From a virus (lineage: Duplodnaviria > Caudoviricetes): DNA of 64,000 nucleotides. This document shows, piece after piece, positions 47,050 to 56,594 of this stretch. A program made the translations under genes and the position numbers. How positions within the stretch are numbered: position 1 is the first letter of the stretch; each line of letters starts with the position of its first letter. The notes below the pieces were generated by a model that made no database searches, had not been told where the DNA came from, and saw only the letters and a list, made by a program, of their open reading frames with translations. The stretch spans positions 1 through 64,000 of IMG/VR virus record IMGVR_UViG_3300030095_001206; one strand, given 5' to 3'.

Positions 47050-47421
47050 TTAAGTTTGGCGATAACCACTAACAATAAAAGTACAAGTTGCACCAGCACT
47101 AGTAGTTCCAAAATTACCAGTACCAACGAACAAAGCATCTCCACTATTTTCAAGAACTAAAGGAGATGCATAGACATCAAATCTATAGTTTCCTCTATCA
47201 GCAATGTCTTCATCAACAATTCTAAAATCAGGAGAATCAGTTGTTCCACCATTAGGAACAAAATAGATTTGAGCACTTGTAGATGCACCATATCCAGCAT
47301 GTGCATACACACCGTCTATGTAAATCTTTTTATTATCAACACAAGTAATGACTCCTACTGTGCTTCCATATGCAACCTTTATAGGATTACATAACTTACC
47401 ATATACAATTGGATTTGCCAT
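47050..47421 (-). CDS. Probable virion structural protein
   Basis: Small beta-rich protein in the late operon. Confidence 0.7.
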   Translation of the reverse strand: MANPIVYGKLCNPIKVAYGSTVGVITCVDNKKIYIDGVYAHAGYGASTSAQIYFVPNGGTTDSPDFRIVDEDIADRGNYRFDVYASPLVLENSGDALFVGTGNFGTTSAGATCTFIVSGYRQT

Positions 47422-47423
47422 AA

Positions 47424-48335
47424 TTAAGTAACGATGTCAGCACCAGCACCAGCTCTTACTGCCATTAATTTTTTAAGTAGAACTTGTCTTTTCAATCTCA
47501 TTACCCTCTTCTCCTTAGATTTCAACTCTTGATTTTCACGACCTTTCTTTTGTACTGCTAATTGCTTACCCTGCACATCATCAACTGATGGAGTTTTAGA
47601 TCCATTAGAAGGCATAGGTGCAGTATCCTCAGGCAATTGTAAAATTGGTTTAGTAGGATCTCTCATAACAACATCATAATCCATAACTCTTGAGCTAGGA
47701 TAGACTTTAACAATAGCATCTTGTACTTCTTTCTTAGATGGCATCTTTAGTTCTGGGAAGAACATCTGAAGAGACATATACTTACCACGCCACAAGAATG
47801 TAACATAAAGTGTTTGTCCATTTACTCTTGGAAGAGTTGTTGCTTCATAAGTATAAGTCTTCTTACCGACTTTGGTATGTCCATACTCACCAGTTTTACC
47901 TGGACGTACTTGACCTAACTTACTACCTTTCCTAGAAGGACCAGTTGAAGTGTTACGCCCTCTCTTAGTAGTAGGGTGTATTGTTGCTTTGTCCTTTCCT
48001 TTCTTTGTGATTACAGCATCTTGGTCATACTTTTTACCAAGACGTTTCATCTGCTTTTTAAATTTCCTAAACTTTTTCTTAGGAGCATTGACAGCAATAG
48101 ATGGTTCACTAACTGTCTTCTTTTCACCAGTCTTACTATCTGTTTCAGGATACTCACCTTTTACTTTCTTATAACCGTAACCCATACTACGAACTTTCTT
48201 TCCCAGTTCTTTGTTACGTGCTTTATTTTCCTTACTAGATTTGTCACCTCTATTAGCAGTTAGGACTGCGGTGCTGCGTTTCTTAGAGTGCTGCACCTGA
48301 CGTGACATACCACCTTCATCTATTTGATTCAACAT
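47424..48335 (-). CDS. Modular basic hypothetical protein, candidate internal head protein
   Basis: LNQIDE/GGMSR; AVLTANR...KENKARN module; second module after YTYE. Confidence 0.78.
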   Translation of the reverse strand: MLNQIDEGGMSRQVQHSKKRSTAVLTANRGDKSSKENKARNKELGKKVRSMGYGYKKVKGEYPETDSKTGEKKTVSEPSIAVNAPKKKFRKFKKQMKRLGKKYDQDAVITKKGKDKATIHPTTKRGRNTSTGPSRKGSKLGQVRPGKTGEYGHTKVGKKTYTYEATTLPRVNGQTLYVTFLWRGKYMSLQMFFPELKMPSKKEVQDAIVKVYPSSRVMDYDVVMRDPTKPILQLPEDTAPMPSNGSKTPSVDDVQGKQLAVQKKGRENQELKSKEKRVMRLKRQVLLKKLMAVRAGAGADIVT

Positions 48336-49048
48336 TTCCACTTCCTCAATGCTAGTGCCTTACGAGTAGGTCTTCCCTTCTCATCTTTCATTGGTCCTTT
48401 CATACCACCCATGCGAGCACAGAATGATCTCTTTCTAGGACCACCTTCAGGTTGTGGTGCTTTTAAATCAGAACCAGGATTCTCACGCTCGTAAGACTTC
48501 CTGCCTTTCTCATTTAATCCACCAGTTTTATTCTTTCCTTCTTTACGTTGCCAAGCACTTTCTACATTAAGGGTTTTTGGATAATCTTTATCACCAGGTT
48601 TTGCTGGTTTCTCACCACGCTTTCTCTTAGCATGAATATTATCCCAAAGTCCTTTTTTCTTACCTTCCTTCACACAATTAGGAACTTCCTTACCACCTTT
48701 CTTCTTAGTTCCCTTTGCCTTATATCCGTCCCAACATTTATCAGCACCTACATTTTTACGTGCTTGTTTTAAAGATTCTTTAAAATCTTCAAAACTTTTA
48801 GAAGTTGATTCGCTCATGCCCCCTCCATTGGAACCGTTCCCATTGCCATTGCCGTTGCTAGAACTAGACCCATTAGTTCCTGAATGTCCATTGCCATTCT
48901 TGTTGCCGTTTTTCTTAGATTTTCGTCCATTGTTATCATCGGGGTCAGGTCTTAACCATCCATGAGCTCCCACATATTTACCCTTTGGTATGGGCATACA
49001 CTTTTTTTCTTTAGTGCAATAGTATTTGCCAGGAGGACAGTCCTTCAT
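48329..49048 (-). CDS. Modular basic protein with NG-rich tract and DUF6321-like C-terminus
   Basis: GGLNEKGRKSY...RKRSFCARM...ALRKWKC; KCWDGY...VPNCV module. Confidence 0.8.
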   Translation of the reverse strand: MKDCPPGKYYCTKEKKCMPIPKGKYVGAHGWLRPDPDDNNGRKSKKNGNKNGNGHSGTNGSSSSNGNGNGNGSNGGGMSESTSKSFEDFKESLKQARKNVGADKCWDGYKAKGTKKKGGKEVPNCVKEGKKKGLWDNIHAKRKRGEKPAKPGDKDYPKTLNVESAWQRKEGKNKTGGLNEKGRKSYERENPGSDLKAPQPEGGPRKRSFCARMGGMKGPMKDEKGRPTRKALALRKWKC

Positions 49049-49073
49049 AAAAAAATCAGAAGTCTCCTTTTAT

Positions 49074-49205
49074 TTATTCTTGTTCTTCTTCCAATACTTG
49101 TTCATAGTATTTTATCTTCCTACGAAGAAACAGAACCTCTTTCTGAAGTTCTGCTTTCTCCTCTTCCAAAAGTTCGATCTCTTCTTGGTAGATAATAACA
49201 CTCAT
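49074..49205 (-). CDS. 43-aa coiled-coil hypothetical protein missing from ORF track
   Basis: MSVIIYQEEIELLEEEKAELQKEVLFLRRKIKYYEQVLEEEQE; TAAATA immediately upstream. Confidence 0.68.
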   Translation of the reverse strand: MSVIIYQEEIELLEEEKAELQKEVLFLRRKIKYYEQVLEEEQE

Positions 49206-49273
49206 GCAACTATTTAATCATTTAATATCTTCTTCATTTTTGAAAAAGACCTTATTCATAATAATCTTCTATA

Positions 49274-49534
49274 TCAGAGTCCAGGTATCCCCGTCGCTTG
49301 TGCTGAAGGAGCCATACTAGGGGTGGTATCAATACTAGGAGCAAGATCATTGGTCCCAAGAGGAAGTGCTCCGCCACCAAGTCCACCAAGTGATCCAGTA
49401 ACTGCTTCAATAGCTTGTTGCTTAACTGAATCAATAATAGAATCTCTGTTGACATATACAAATAAGCCACTGCCAATAATGGCAATAGATACAGCACCAG
49501 ACGCAATAGCAACGACATTTATAATTTTTTGCAT
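49274..49534 (-). CDS. Small membrane protein
   Basis: MQKIINVVAIASGAVSIAIIGSGLFVYV signal/TM segment. Confidence 0.72.
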   Translation of the reverse strand: MQKIINVVAIASGAVSIAIIGSGLFVYVNRDSIIDSVKQQAIEAVTGSLGGLGGGALPLGTNDLAPSIDTTPSMAPSAQATGIPGL

Positions 49535-49538
49535 TACT

Positions 49539-50006
49539 TTAAAGTTCGTAAGTTTCCTTAGTATCTTCTGAAACACCAACTATTTTTAGAGGTGCTTGCT
49601 CAATACGAATTGTTTGTGTAGGACCAGCTTTAGCAATGATTGCTTCAATGTCCTTTGCAGTAACAGGAGGTGTTCCATTACCATTAACAGCGTTACCATT
49701 CTTGTCCATCTTCATAGTACCGTCACCCTTTTTAGATGCGGTCTGAATTCCGAAGCTAGCTAGGACTCCTGTAAATACCGAAGCAATAAATGTTGGATCA
49801 ATTTTCTGTTGTGGTACACCTGGTATAGCCACATAATTTAATGTTAATATTCCACCGCTCCAGGCAAGAACAGTAATACGAACAAATGTACTAATGATTG
49901 CTGCTTGTTCATCAGCATCTGGAAGAATAGCATCCTTTGCTTTTTGAAATAACCCTTTCTTTTCTTCTTTGGGTTCTTCTACTACTTCTTTTACTTCGTC
50001 AGCCAT
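49539..50006 (-). CDS. Conserved two-TM membrane protein
   Basis: VRITVLAWSGGILTLNY and DPTFIASVFTGVLASFG. Confidence 0.8.
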   Translation of the reverse strand: MADEVKEVVEEPKEEKKGLFQKAKDAILPDADEQAAIISTFVRITVLAWSGGILTLNYVAIPGVPQQKIDPTFIASVFTGVLASFGIQTASKKGDGTMKMDKNGNAVNGNGTPPVTAKDIEAIIAKAGPTQTIRIEQAPLKIVGVSEDTKETYEL

Positions 50007-50039
50007 TCACTTTTTGCAGGGTTTAATATATATACGAAT

Positions 50040-50384
50040 TTAGTCTCTAACACCCATTGACCATCTCTTAACTTGATTTAACCTTACAATACTATTGTGA
50101 TCATCTATCTTATTAACATACTCTTTTGAGGCATCTACCATACCATCAATAGAATCATTCCCATCAAGTCTAGTTTGTAGAGTCATCTTCTCTACAGGAA
50201 CCACTCCAAAGAATCTATTATACCTATCTTGTCCTGTCTCACCTGGTCCTTGGAAACCTTGATCTAAGGGAGTTGTATCATGTGGAAACAGTTTTGGTAC
50301 ATATCCAGACATAGAAGGGTTGTTTGGTCCAACTGGGCCAGACATATTAGGACTTTCCGACATGAACTGTTTAAATGTCTTCAT
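50040..50384 (-). CDS. Hypothetical protein with capsid-targeting-like N-terminus
   Basis: Starts MKTFKQFMSE. Confidence 0.78.
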   Translation of the reverse strand: MKTFKQFMSESPNMSGPVGPNNPSMSGYVPKLFPHDTTPLDQGFQGPGETGQDRYNRFFGVVPVEKMTLQTRLDGNDSIDGMVDASKEYVNKIDDHNSIVRLNQVKRWSMGVRD

Positions 50385-52027
50385 CCTAGTGCTAGTACCA
50401 GTCCTATAGATGCCTTACCTGTCAAATTAGAACCATCACCATAGTAAGTTACTGCTGCACCTGCAACTGCAGTAACGACACCAGAAACATTTATACCACT
50501 ATTTGCTGTTACTATACCAATAGAATCAACATTAGTTACATCTTCATATGTGATAGTACCTGCTGCTGATATGTTACCCTTAACATGCAAACTCTTTGCA
50601 ATACCAACACCACCACTGAATAATACAGCACCATTATTCCAAGCATGTGATTCAGTAGTATTACTGAAAGTAGTAATACCACTAACATCCATACCCATTG
50701 TAGATGTATTACCCTGCTTTAGTGTTTGATCTAAAGTCTCTGCAGCAGGAGCAAGAGCAGTACTAGCAATACCTACCCATTTAGTATTTGCTTTATCGAA
50801 TATTAATAACTTATTATCACCAGTAGTCTGATCAAAATCAACATCATCCAAATCCTTTATGGCTCCAGCACCACCGCCACCCATAGTTGACAGTTGGGTC
50901 TGGATTCTATTGATGAAAATTCTATAATGTTCTGCTAAATCTTGTAAAGTAGCAAACTTCTGATCCATTGGTGTTAATGGATCTTGACCACTACCAATAT
51001 TCTCTGCAGTGTCTGGTGGTTCATTTAATATACCTTCTTGAATCATTGAAAGATCTTTCTGCTTCAACTGTATATCATATACCAGAGCTTTCAACTCAGT
51101 TAAATTTTTAATTTCCTTTCTAATATTTTTTAAATCTTCTTCATAATACTTTGGTTTAGGTAAACTCTTTATTCTTTCTTGAAGAGACTTAACCTCACCA
51201 TCCATATGCTTGGCAAGATTATCTGTAGACTCTACAAAAGACTCTTGTAAGTTGTCTACAGTTTTCTTTGTTACTTCACTAAAAGCATCAAATCTTTCAC
51301 CTACTTTTTCATTAAAAGTTATCTCAAACTCTTTCTGATTACTCTTTAGTTTCTTCTGAAGATTCCAAATAACAGTAGATTGTTCTTTAAGTTCTTTAAA
51401 GATATCTTTTCTTACAACATCAACTCTTTCATGAATAGTCGTAAAATCAGTCTTTGTCTCAAATGTCTTAGTATCACTTTCTTCATGTATTTTCTCTAGT
51501 TCAGCAGTTACTCTGGTTGCCAGTGTTGAGATGGTATCTCTAACCCCTCTAAAGTCTTCATCAATAACATTGAATCCTTTTCCAACCCAAGCAAAATCAG
51601 GGACTTCTGTGACTTTATGAATCCAATTAGGTAAAGTTGGTATAGAGTTTTCAACTTTATCAATTGATTCTTTTAATGCTTCTAACTCGTTTTCATAATA
51701 TCTAATTTCAGGTACTACTGGTATCTCATCCTTTACCTGTTGAATACTAGCAGATAACTCTTCTAATTCTGGTGCGTAATCTTTTATTTCTGGTATCTCT
51801 GGTATGTCATTACGGACATCATTAACCATCCTTACCAACTCACCCCATTCAGGTGCTTTGATAACATCCTCTACTTCTAAAAAGGAGTTCCCATCAGCAT
51901 CCTCAATGGTTTGAACTTCTTCTACAAGTTCTTCTTTTGGTAAGAAATCATCTACCGACGGTAATGTAGGCTCGACAATAAACTCGTCTATTGACGGAAG
52001 ATCAGCAAGAGGAGTTTTGTTTACCAT
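50381..52027 (-). CDS. Coiled-coil protein with C-terminal fibre-like module
   Basis: IPEIPEIK repeats, long helical core, TYEDVTNVDSIGIVTA...YYGDGSNLTG. Confidence 0.8.
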   Translation of the reverse strand: MVNKTPLADLPSIDEFIVEPTLPSVDDFLPKEELVEEVQTIEDADGNSFLEVEDVIKAPEWGELVRMVNDVRNDIPEIPEIKDYAPELEELSASIQQVKDEIPVVPEIRYYENELEALKESIDKVENSIPTLPNWIHKVTEVPDFAWVGKGFNVIDEDFRGVRDTISTLATRVTAELEKIHEESDTKTFETKTDFTTIHERVDVVRKDIFKELKEQSTVIWNLQKKLKSNQKEFEITFNEKVGERFDAFSEVTKKTVDNLQESFVESTDNLAKHMDGEVKSLQERIKSLPKPKYYEEDLKNIRKEIKNLTELKALVYDIQLKQKDLSMIQEGILNEPPDTAENIGSGQDPLTPMDQKFATLQDLAEHYRIFINRIQTQLSTMGGGGAGAIKDLDDVDFDQTTGDNKLLIFDKANTKWVGIASTALAPAAETLDQTLKQGNTSTMGMDVSGITTFSNTTESHAWNNGAVLFSGGVGIAKSLHVKGNISAAGTITYEDVTNVDSIGIVTANSGINVSGVVTAVAGAAVTYYGDGSNLTGKASIGLVLALG

Positions 52028-52031
52028 ATTT

Positions 52032-52454
52032 CTATTTATTTTGGGCCTTAGTAGCCTCTTTTAGCATCTTTGCCAAATCAGCAGTTGATCCAACAAAAAG
52101 AGAATTGTTAACAGTGGATGGTCCTTTCTGTACGGATTCCTCTTCAACATCTTTAAGTTTCTTCTGCAGATCCATTAATTTGTCTGTGGCATCTGAAACT
52201 GATTTAACTAATTGTCCAGCAACTTCGTATGCTCTTGGCATGTCACTCTCTTGAGCAAGTTCAAGAATTCCATTAATTGCTTCTTGTCCTTTTTCAATGA
52301 TAGAGTATAAATTGCCTCTTGTGTATTCGTAATCATTTCTGATATCGGTTTTATCCCGATCTTTAGGTGGTTTTTGAATACCAACCTTCTTAGTATCTGC
52401 TACAATTTCACTTGCAACATCAAACGTTTTTTCCAATTCTGTAAAGTCTGCCAT
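52032..52454 (-). CDS. gp16: Terminase small subunit (gp16)
   Basis: DYEYTRGNLY, PRAYEVAGQL, FVGSTADL. Confidence 0.93.
   Translation of the reverse strand: MADFTELEKTFDVASEIVADTKKVGIQKPPKDRDKTDIRNDYEYTRGNLYSIIEKGQEAINGILELAQESDMPRAYEVAGQLVKSVSDATDKLMDLQKKLKDVEEESVQKGPSTVNNSLFVGSTADLAKMLKEATKAQNK
52033..52039 (-). promoter_or_regulatory. Late promoter (ATAAATA)
   Basis: Overlaps the gp16 stop, just before ATG 52027. Confidence 0.55.
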
Positions 52455-52456
52455 AA

Positions 52457-53503
52457 TTATACATCCTTATTCTGAGATGGACTATACTGTTTAAAGTCTT
52501 GGAAGAATGAAGTTGTTTCATTGAATCCAAAATCATCACCTATATCAATAAGTGCATCATCAGCAGCAGTAATAAGATCTACTGTAGCACCATTGACATG
52601 TTCTGCAGCACTGGTTCCCTCTTGTCCACGAAGAACAACGAGATTATTGCCATCAATCTCTTTGATCTTCATATTCTCAGTGCCAACGTAAATGTGATTA
52701 TCTACACTAAGTGCAGAAGAATCTGCTACGGTAACAAGAGTCTCTTTAAGATCTAGAGTCTCTGCCAAATATGTAGTTCCATCATTAGTATAATCTTTAA
52801 CTGCCTGAGGTGTAACACTGTAGCGAACTTCTCTTCTAAAGTCCTTACCTTTTCTAGTGCTGTAATCAATGGTTGCTTTTTTAATTAAACCACTTGATGA
52901 TTCTGGTATAGGTCCGAATAGATATGTCTTAGCAGTAAATGTCATTGTGTAGATTAAAGCTCTACGTTCCGAAAAATCTCCCTCATAATCATCGGTAAAC
53001 GTAACGCTATCTAAAACTATAGGTACATCTCTTTTCTCTCCTATAGTAGAGAGCATATTAATTGTTAGGTTGTAAGAAGGTTGGAAGTATGGTAATATTT
53101 GTTCAACAATTTGCAAAGCATCATCATTTAGTTTTGCAATCATATTAAGTTCAAAAGTCATATTATATGGAACTGGCATATAGACTTTCTTTGCTTTAGT
53201 CTTATCAGATGTAGGAGCAGATAAGAAAGTTTGAGTCTGAGTTACCTTTCTAGAAGGATCGTAACTTAAACCAGTAAACTCAAATGATAGTCGAGGTAAA
53301 GTTAAAGTTTGTGCGTTCTTTAGATCTGGTGCTTGCTCAATCCTTGCTAAAAACTTCTGGATTGGACCATATGCCAATGGCACTTTCATCACACTGACAG
53401 CTTTTTTATCACCGTCTAAATGCTTGATCTGTATGTTATTGAAGAGGGATCCAAAACCAATTACGGTCTTTCGCAGAATCTCATTATAGAAATATTCAAA
53501 CAC
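52457..53503 (-). CDS. gp15: Tail sheath stabiliser (gp15) with C-terminal insertion
   Basis: VPLAYGP, LPRLSFE, QIVEQILPYFQP, FTAKTYLFGP. Confidence 0.94.
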   Translation of the reverse strand: MFEYFYNEILRKTVIGFGSLFNNIQIKHLDGDKKAVSVMKVPLAYGPIQKFLARIEQAPDLKNAQTLTLPRLSFEFTGLSYDPSRKVTQTQTFLSAPTSDKTKAKKVYMPVPYNMTFELNMIAKLNDDALQIVEQILPYFQPSYNLTINMLSTIGEKRDVPIVLDSVTFTDDYEGDFSERRALIYTMTFTAKTYLFGPIPESSSGLIKKATIDYSTRKGKDFRREVRYSVTPQAVKDYTNDGTTYLAETLDLKETLVTVADSSALSVDNHIYVGTENMKIKEIDGNNLVVLRGQEGTSAAEHVNGATVDLITAADDALIDIGDDFGFNETTSFFQDFKQYSPSQNKDV

Positions 53504-53524
53504 AGATAATAATTCGACTACTTA

Positions 53525-53782
53525 CTATTTAACAAGTTCTGAGCCACCACCTAAATCTTTAATGTTTTCAGACCCTCCTACAGCAAAAGGATTATATTTT
53601 GCAGTGGCAATTTTATACATCTTTTCATGTATAGTTTTATCTTCTTCTTGATCTACACCAGGTGGTTGAATTTCTGATGGTGATGTATCGATAGGTTCGT
53701 TTGTTGCTATTGGCATGGAATCTAAAGGATTGTATGGTTCATCATGGAACCACGCATCATAAGGAATTTCAGGAAGTGGCAT
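53525..53782 (-). CDS. Small hypothetical protein between gp14 and gp15
   Basis: TAATG coupling with the gp14 stop; Pro-rich. Confidence 0.7.
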   Translation of the reverse strand: MPLPEIPYDAWFHDEPYNPLDSMPIATNEPIDTSPSEIQPPGVDQEEDKTIHEKMYKIATAKYNPFAVGGSENIKDLGGGSELVK

Positions 53783-55155
53783 TAGGCATCTCCAAATGGA
53801 TTTTTACGTGTCCAATCTAGTATATCATCTCCTTCTGATTGAATAGTTTGATTATCTGCATATGGGGTTACTATATCATCAGTAGTATCAACTGCAAGAG
53901 TATAAACTGCTGAGGATTCGTCACCAGTAATAGATTCTCCTTGGAGGAATGTTCCTGTTGCAATACCAACCACAAGGGTCTTAGTTGTTGCATCCCAAGA
54001 CTTGACTCTAGCCTTAGTTCCTGTAGTTCCGCCTGTAACTTCTTCATTAAAGTAGAAATCACCAGAACCAAGTAATCCAGGATTACTAATAGTTGCAGTA
54101 GGTACTGCAGTGTATCCAGCACCTGCGTTAGAGAGTCTAGCAGACTGTATAGTGCCTCCAACAGCAATTACCTCACCAATTGCCGTTGTACCTGTTCCAG
54201 GTGCAGTAAAGGTGATTGTAGGGGTAGTTCCATAATATCCTGAACCACCGTCTGTAATAGTAACCACACCAACTGTTCCAGTTGTTGCTATACCAACCGT
54301 TACAGCAATACCTGTTCCACCACCTCCAGTAAAGGTTACTGTTGGTATCTCTGTATATCCTGCACCAGGATCAGTTATACGTACACTTTCAATGGCATAT
54401 GATGTAGTAAGACCAACCACACTAGTTGTTATTGCTACAGCAGTAGCTGTAATGCCGCCACCTGGAGCAGAAGAAATGGCAACTGTAGGGGTAGCTCTGT
54501 ATCCACTTCCAGAGTTAAGGAGATCAATGAACTGTACACCGCCGTTTCTAAATGTGGTGACAGCAGTAGCTGTTGTTCCGACACCAGTAAGTGTGAGAGT
54601 TTGGTTATATCCAAGTTCTTCTGTTTCGTCATCAATAGAACCAATTCCAGTGTCAACTGTTTCGTCTTCATAACGGAATACTTCACACTGTAATTCATAG
54701 ACATAAAGTTCTTTTAATTGATAGAAGGGTTTTGCATGTTCAACGAATTTGATTTCGTATAGTCTATCATCAAGCGGGAACCAGATGAGATCTCCTTCTT
54801 TTGGTCTGGTGGATAATTTAATTCCCGTCTCATTTCTGATAAGAGGGGTGATATAATTCTCGAACCTGTCTTTGGATATGGTAAGGTTAATATCTTGCTG
54901 AACCTCAATACCAAACTTTGACAATACTGTACCATTTCCTTGATAGACATCGTAGTTATTGACATATGCTTCTAGTGGATAAGCATCATCAAACTTAGAC
55001 TGAACTACTTCTCTGATAACAGTATTAGTTGTTAAGTATTTACGAGGAAGATAATAGCACTCAACACCATACATCTTCAACTGTTCGTTGATTAAATCCT
55101 GAACTAAATTCTGCTCGTTTTTAGTTCCCTGTGTGAAAAATGGATTTAATGCCAT
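53782..55155 (-). CDS. gp14: Neck protein (gp14) with Gly/Thr-rich insertion
   Basis: YGVECYYLPR, PKEGDLIWFP, PFYQL, NPFG. Confidence 0.93.
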   Translation of the reverse strand: MALNPFFTQGTKNEQNLVQDLINEQLKMYGVECYYLPRKYLTTNTVIREVVQSKFDDAYPLEAYVNNYDVYQGNGTVLSKFGIEVQQDINLTISKDRFENYITPLIRNETGIKLSTRPKEGDLIWFPLDDRLYEIKFVEHAKPFYQLKELYVYELQCEVFRYEDETVDTGIGSIDDETEELGYNQTLTLTGVGTTATAVTTFRNGGVQFIDLLNSGSGYRATPTVAISSAPGGGITATAVAITTSVVGLTTSYAIESVRITDPGAGYTEIPTVTFTGGGGTGIAVTVGIATTGTVGVVTITDGGSGYYGTTPTITFTAPGTGTTAIGEVIAVGGTIQSARLSNAGAGYTAVPTATISNPGLLGSGDFYFNEEVTGGTTGTKARVKSWDATTKTLVVGIATGTFLQGESITGDESSAVYTLAVDTTDDIVTPYADNQTIQSEGDDILDWTRKNPFGDA

Positions 55156-56006
55156 TAGCCTATCATGTCAAGTGGTAATTCTTCATAATCCCAAGTCATT
55201 CTCTCTTGAATCTTATCTAATTCAAGTTGAGCGTCATCATACATTTGACGACCATTTAATTCAATTCCACCAGGAAGTTTAACTCCTTGGAATTTAATAA
55301 GGTTCTGACCCCACTGTTTCTTAAGAAGAGCAGTGAAGTATCTTTTTAAGAACCTATCATTATAAACCTTAGTTGAATCTGATGGATCAAGAATCCTCCA
55401 GCAATCAATAATAATATAACTGTTCTTAGTTACCTCCCCCCAGTCAATATCAAGATATAATCTATCTTGTCTAATATTATATCTAATCTGCTTCTCAGTA
55501 TTTAATAAGAAATCAATATCTTCTAACTTCGTCTTTGTCATTGCATATGTCAACAATTCAAGAGAATCAAAGTAGTAAACATCATTTAAGAATAACTGAT
55601 ATTTAACACTGAACATATTATTGGTCATGGTATTAGAACCATCAAACCTGTATATCTTATTAACACCTATGATACTATCAGGCATCTTAATATAATTACT
55701 ATTCTCAGTAAACTTAAAGGTAGCATCAGCACCAGCAGTAGTTCCTATACCTGAGCTTGCTGGTTGTGTGACAGTTGTTGTGACAATTCCTACTGTACCA
55801 TTACCTCTATTAATATCATCCTCAGTAAATTGATATTTCATAGGCATCTTCACGACACCATCATAATGCCTTTCATTCCAAAATTGGAATGCATCATCTA
55901 ACAGATCACTGATCTGTTCATCAGCAACATTTATTTCGAGAACGGGAGCACCAAGTTGCCTCTTAGCGTAATCGATTAATTCAGTTCTCGAAGCTGGCTT
56001 TGACAT
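55155..56006 (-). CDS. gp13: Neck protein (gp13)
   Basis: RQLGAPVLEINV, KKQWGQNL, LPGGIELNG. Confidence 0.94.
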   Translation of the reverse strand: MSKPASRTELIDYAKRQLGAPVLEINVADEQISDLLDDAFQFWNERHYDGVVKMPMKYQFTEDDINRGNGTVGIVTTTVTQPASSGIGTTAGADATFKFTENSNYIKMPDSIIGVNKIYRFDGSNTMTNNMFSVKYQLFLNDVYYFDSLELLTYAMTKTKLEDIDFLLNTEKQIRYNIRQDRLYLDIDWGEVTKNSYIIIDCWRILDPSDSTKVYNDRFLKRYFTALLKKQWGQNLIKFQGVKLPGGIELNGRQMYDDAQLELDKIQERMTWDYEELPLDMIG

Positions 56007-56023
56007 ATTCCCAGTTTTCTAAG

Positions 56024-56030
56024 TATTTAT
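56024..56030 (-). promoter_or_regulatory. Late promoter (ATAAATA) for gp13
   Basis: TAAATA core upstream of ATG 56006. Confidence 0.65.
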
Positions 56031-56407
56031 CAAAGAGTGGATGATATACCACCCCTAACCATTATTTGACCCTCAACTATCCTATAAACCGTATCTCCTG
56101 TCTTAACATTAACATCATATACATGTCTTCCTTCTTTCAATTCTGATGTCTGAGTTGTTGTTAACCCAATAAACATTTTGCCATCATAAGCACTGGAAAA
56201 TCCAACTGAAAATGTTGCAGTTACACCAGCTCCAACATACTTTGCCATCTGAGAAGACTCTGCAGTATAGTTGGTAAAATCTATCGCAGTACCAGATGTA
56301 TCATTAACTGTAAAAGTACAAGTAAATGATGCACCAACATTGACTACCAAATCAGAAACTGATGGGTAGTCAGAAGTTGAATCAAATGTGAAGGTTCTAG
56401 TTGCCAT
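56030..56407 (-). CDS. Ig-like virion structural protein (BppU-like N-domain)
   Basis: SQMAK...LTTTQTSELKEGRHVYDV...RIVEG pattern. Confidence 0.7.
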   Translation of the reverse strand: MATRTFTFDSTSDYPSVSDLVVNVGASFTCTFTVNDTSGTAIDFTNYTAESSQMAKYVGAGVTATFSVGFSSAYDGKMFIGLTTTQTSELKEGRHVYDVNVKTGDTVYRIVEGQIMVRGGISSTL

Positions 56408-56594
56408 TTACAATACTCCTTAACATTTCCTTAATTTCTTTGAGTTCACCTTTAAGTTCATCTATTTCTGCTCTCTCACTTTTTTTATGATTTCGAGCAT
56501 TAACATAATTTTTGTAAGCAGTCATGTCAGTTGAAACAATTGCGTTTGAGTTTTCATCTCTGTAAAGAGAATGGTTATCTTTTACAGGGATCAT
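56397..56594 (-). CDS. Small conserved hypothetical protein
   Basis: LYRDENSNAIV then coiled coil; ATGA overlap with the giant gene. Confidence 0.78.
   Translation of the reverse strand: MIPVKDNHSLYRDENSNAIVSTDMTAYKNYVNARNHKKSERAEIDELKGELKEIKEMLRSIVNGN

Noticed and set aside
48820-48935. Repetitive tract encoding NGNGNG/SSS
   Set aside because: Low-complexity coding linker, not a CRISPR array or DNA repeat element
49252-49518. Alternative minus-frame 88-aa ORF
   Set aside because: Overlaps the better-supported membrane-protein frame 49274-49534
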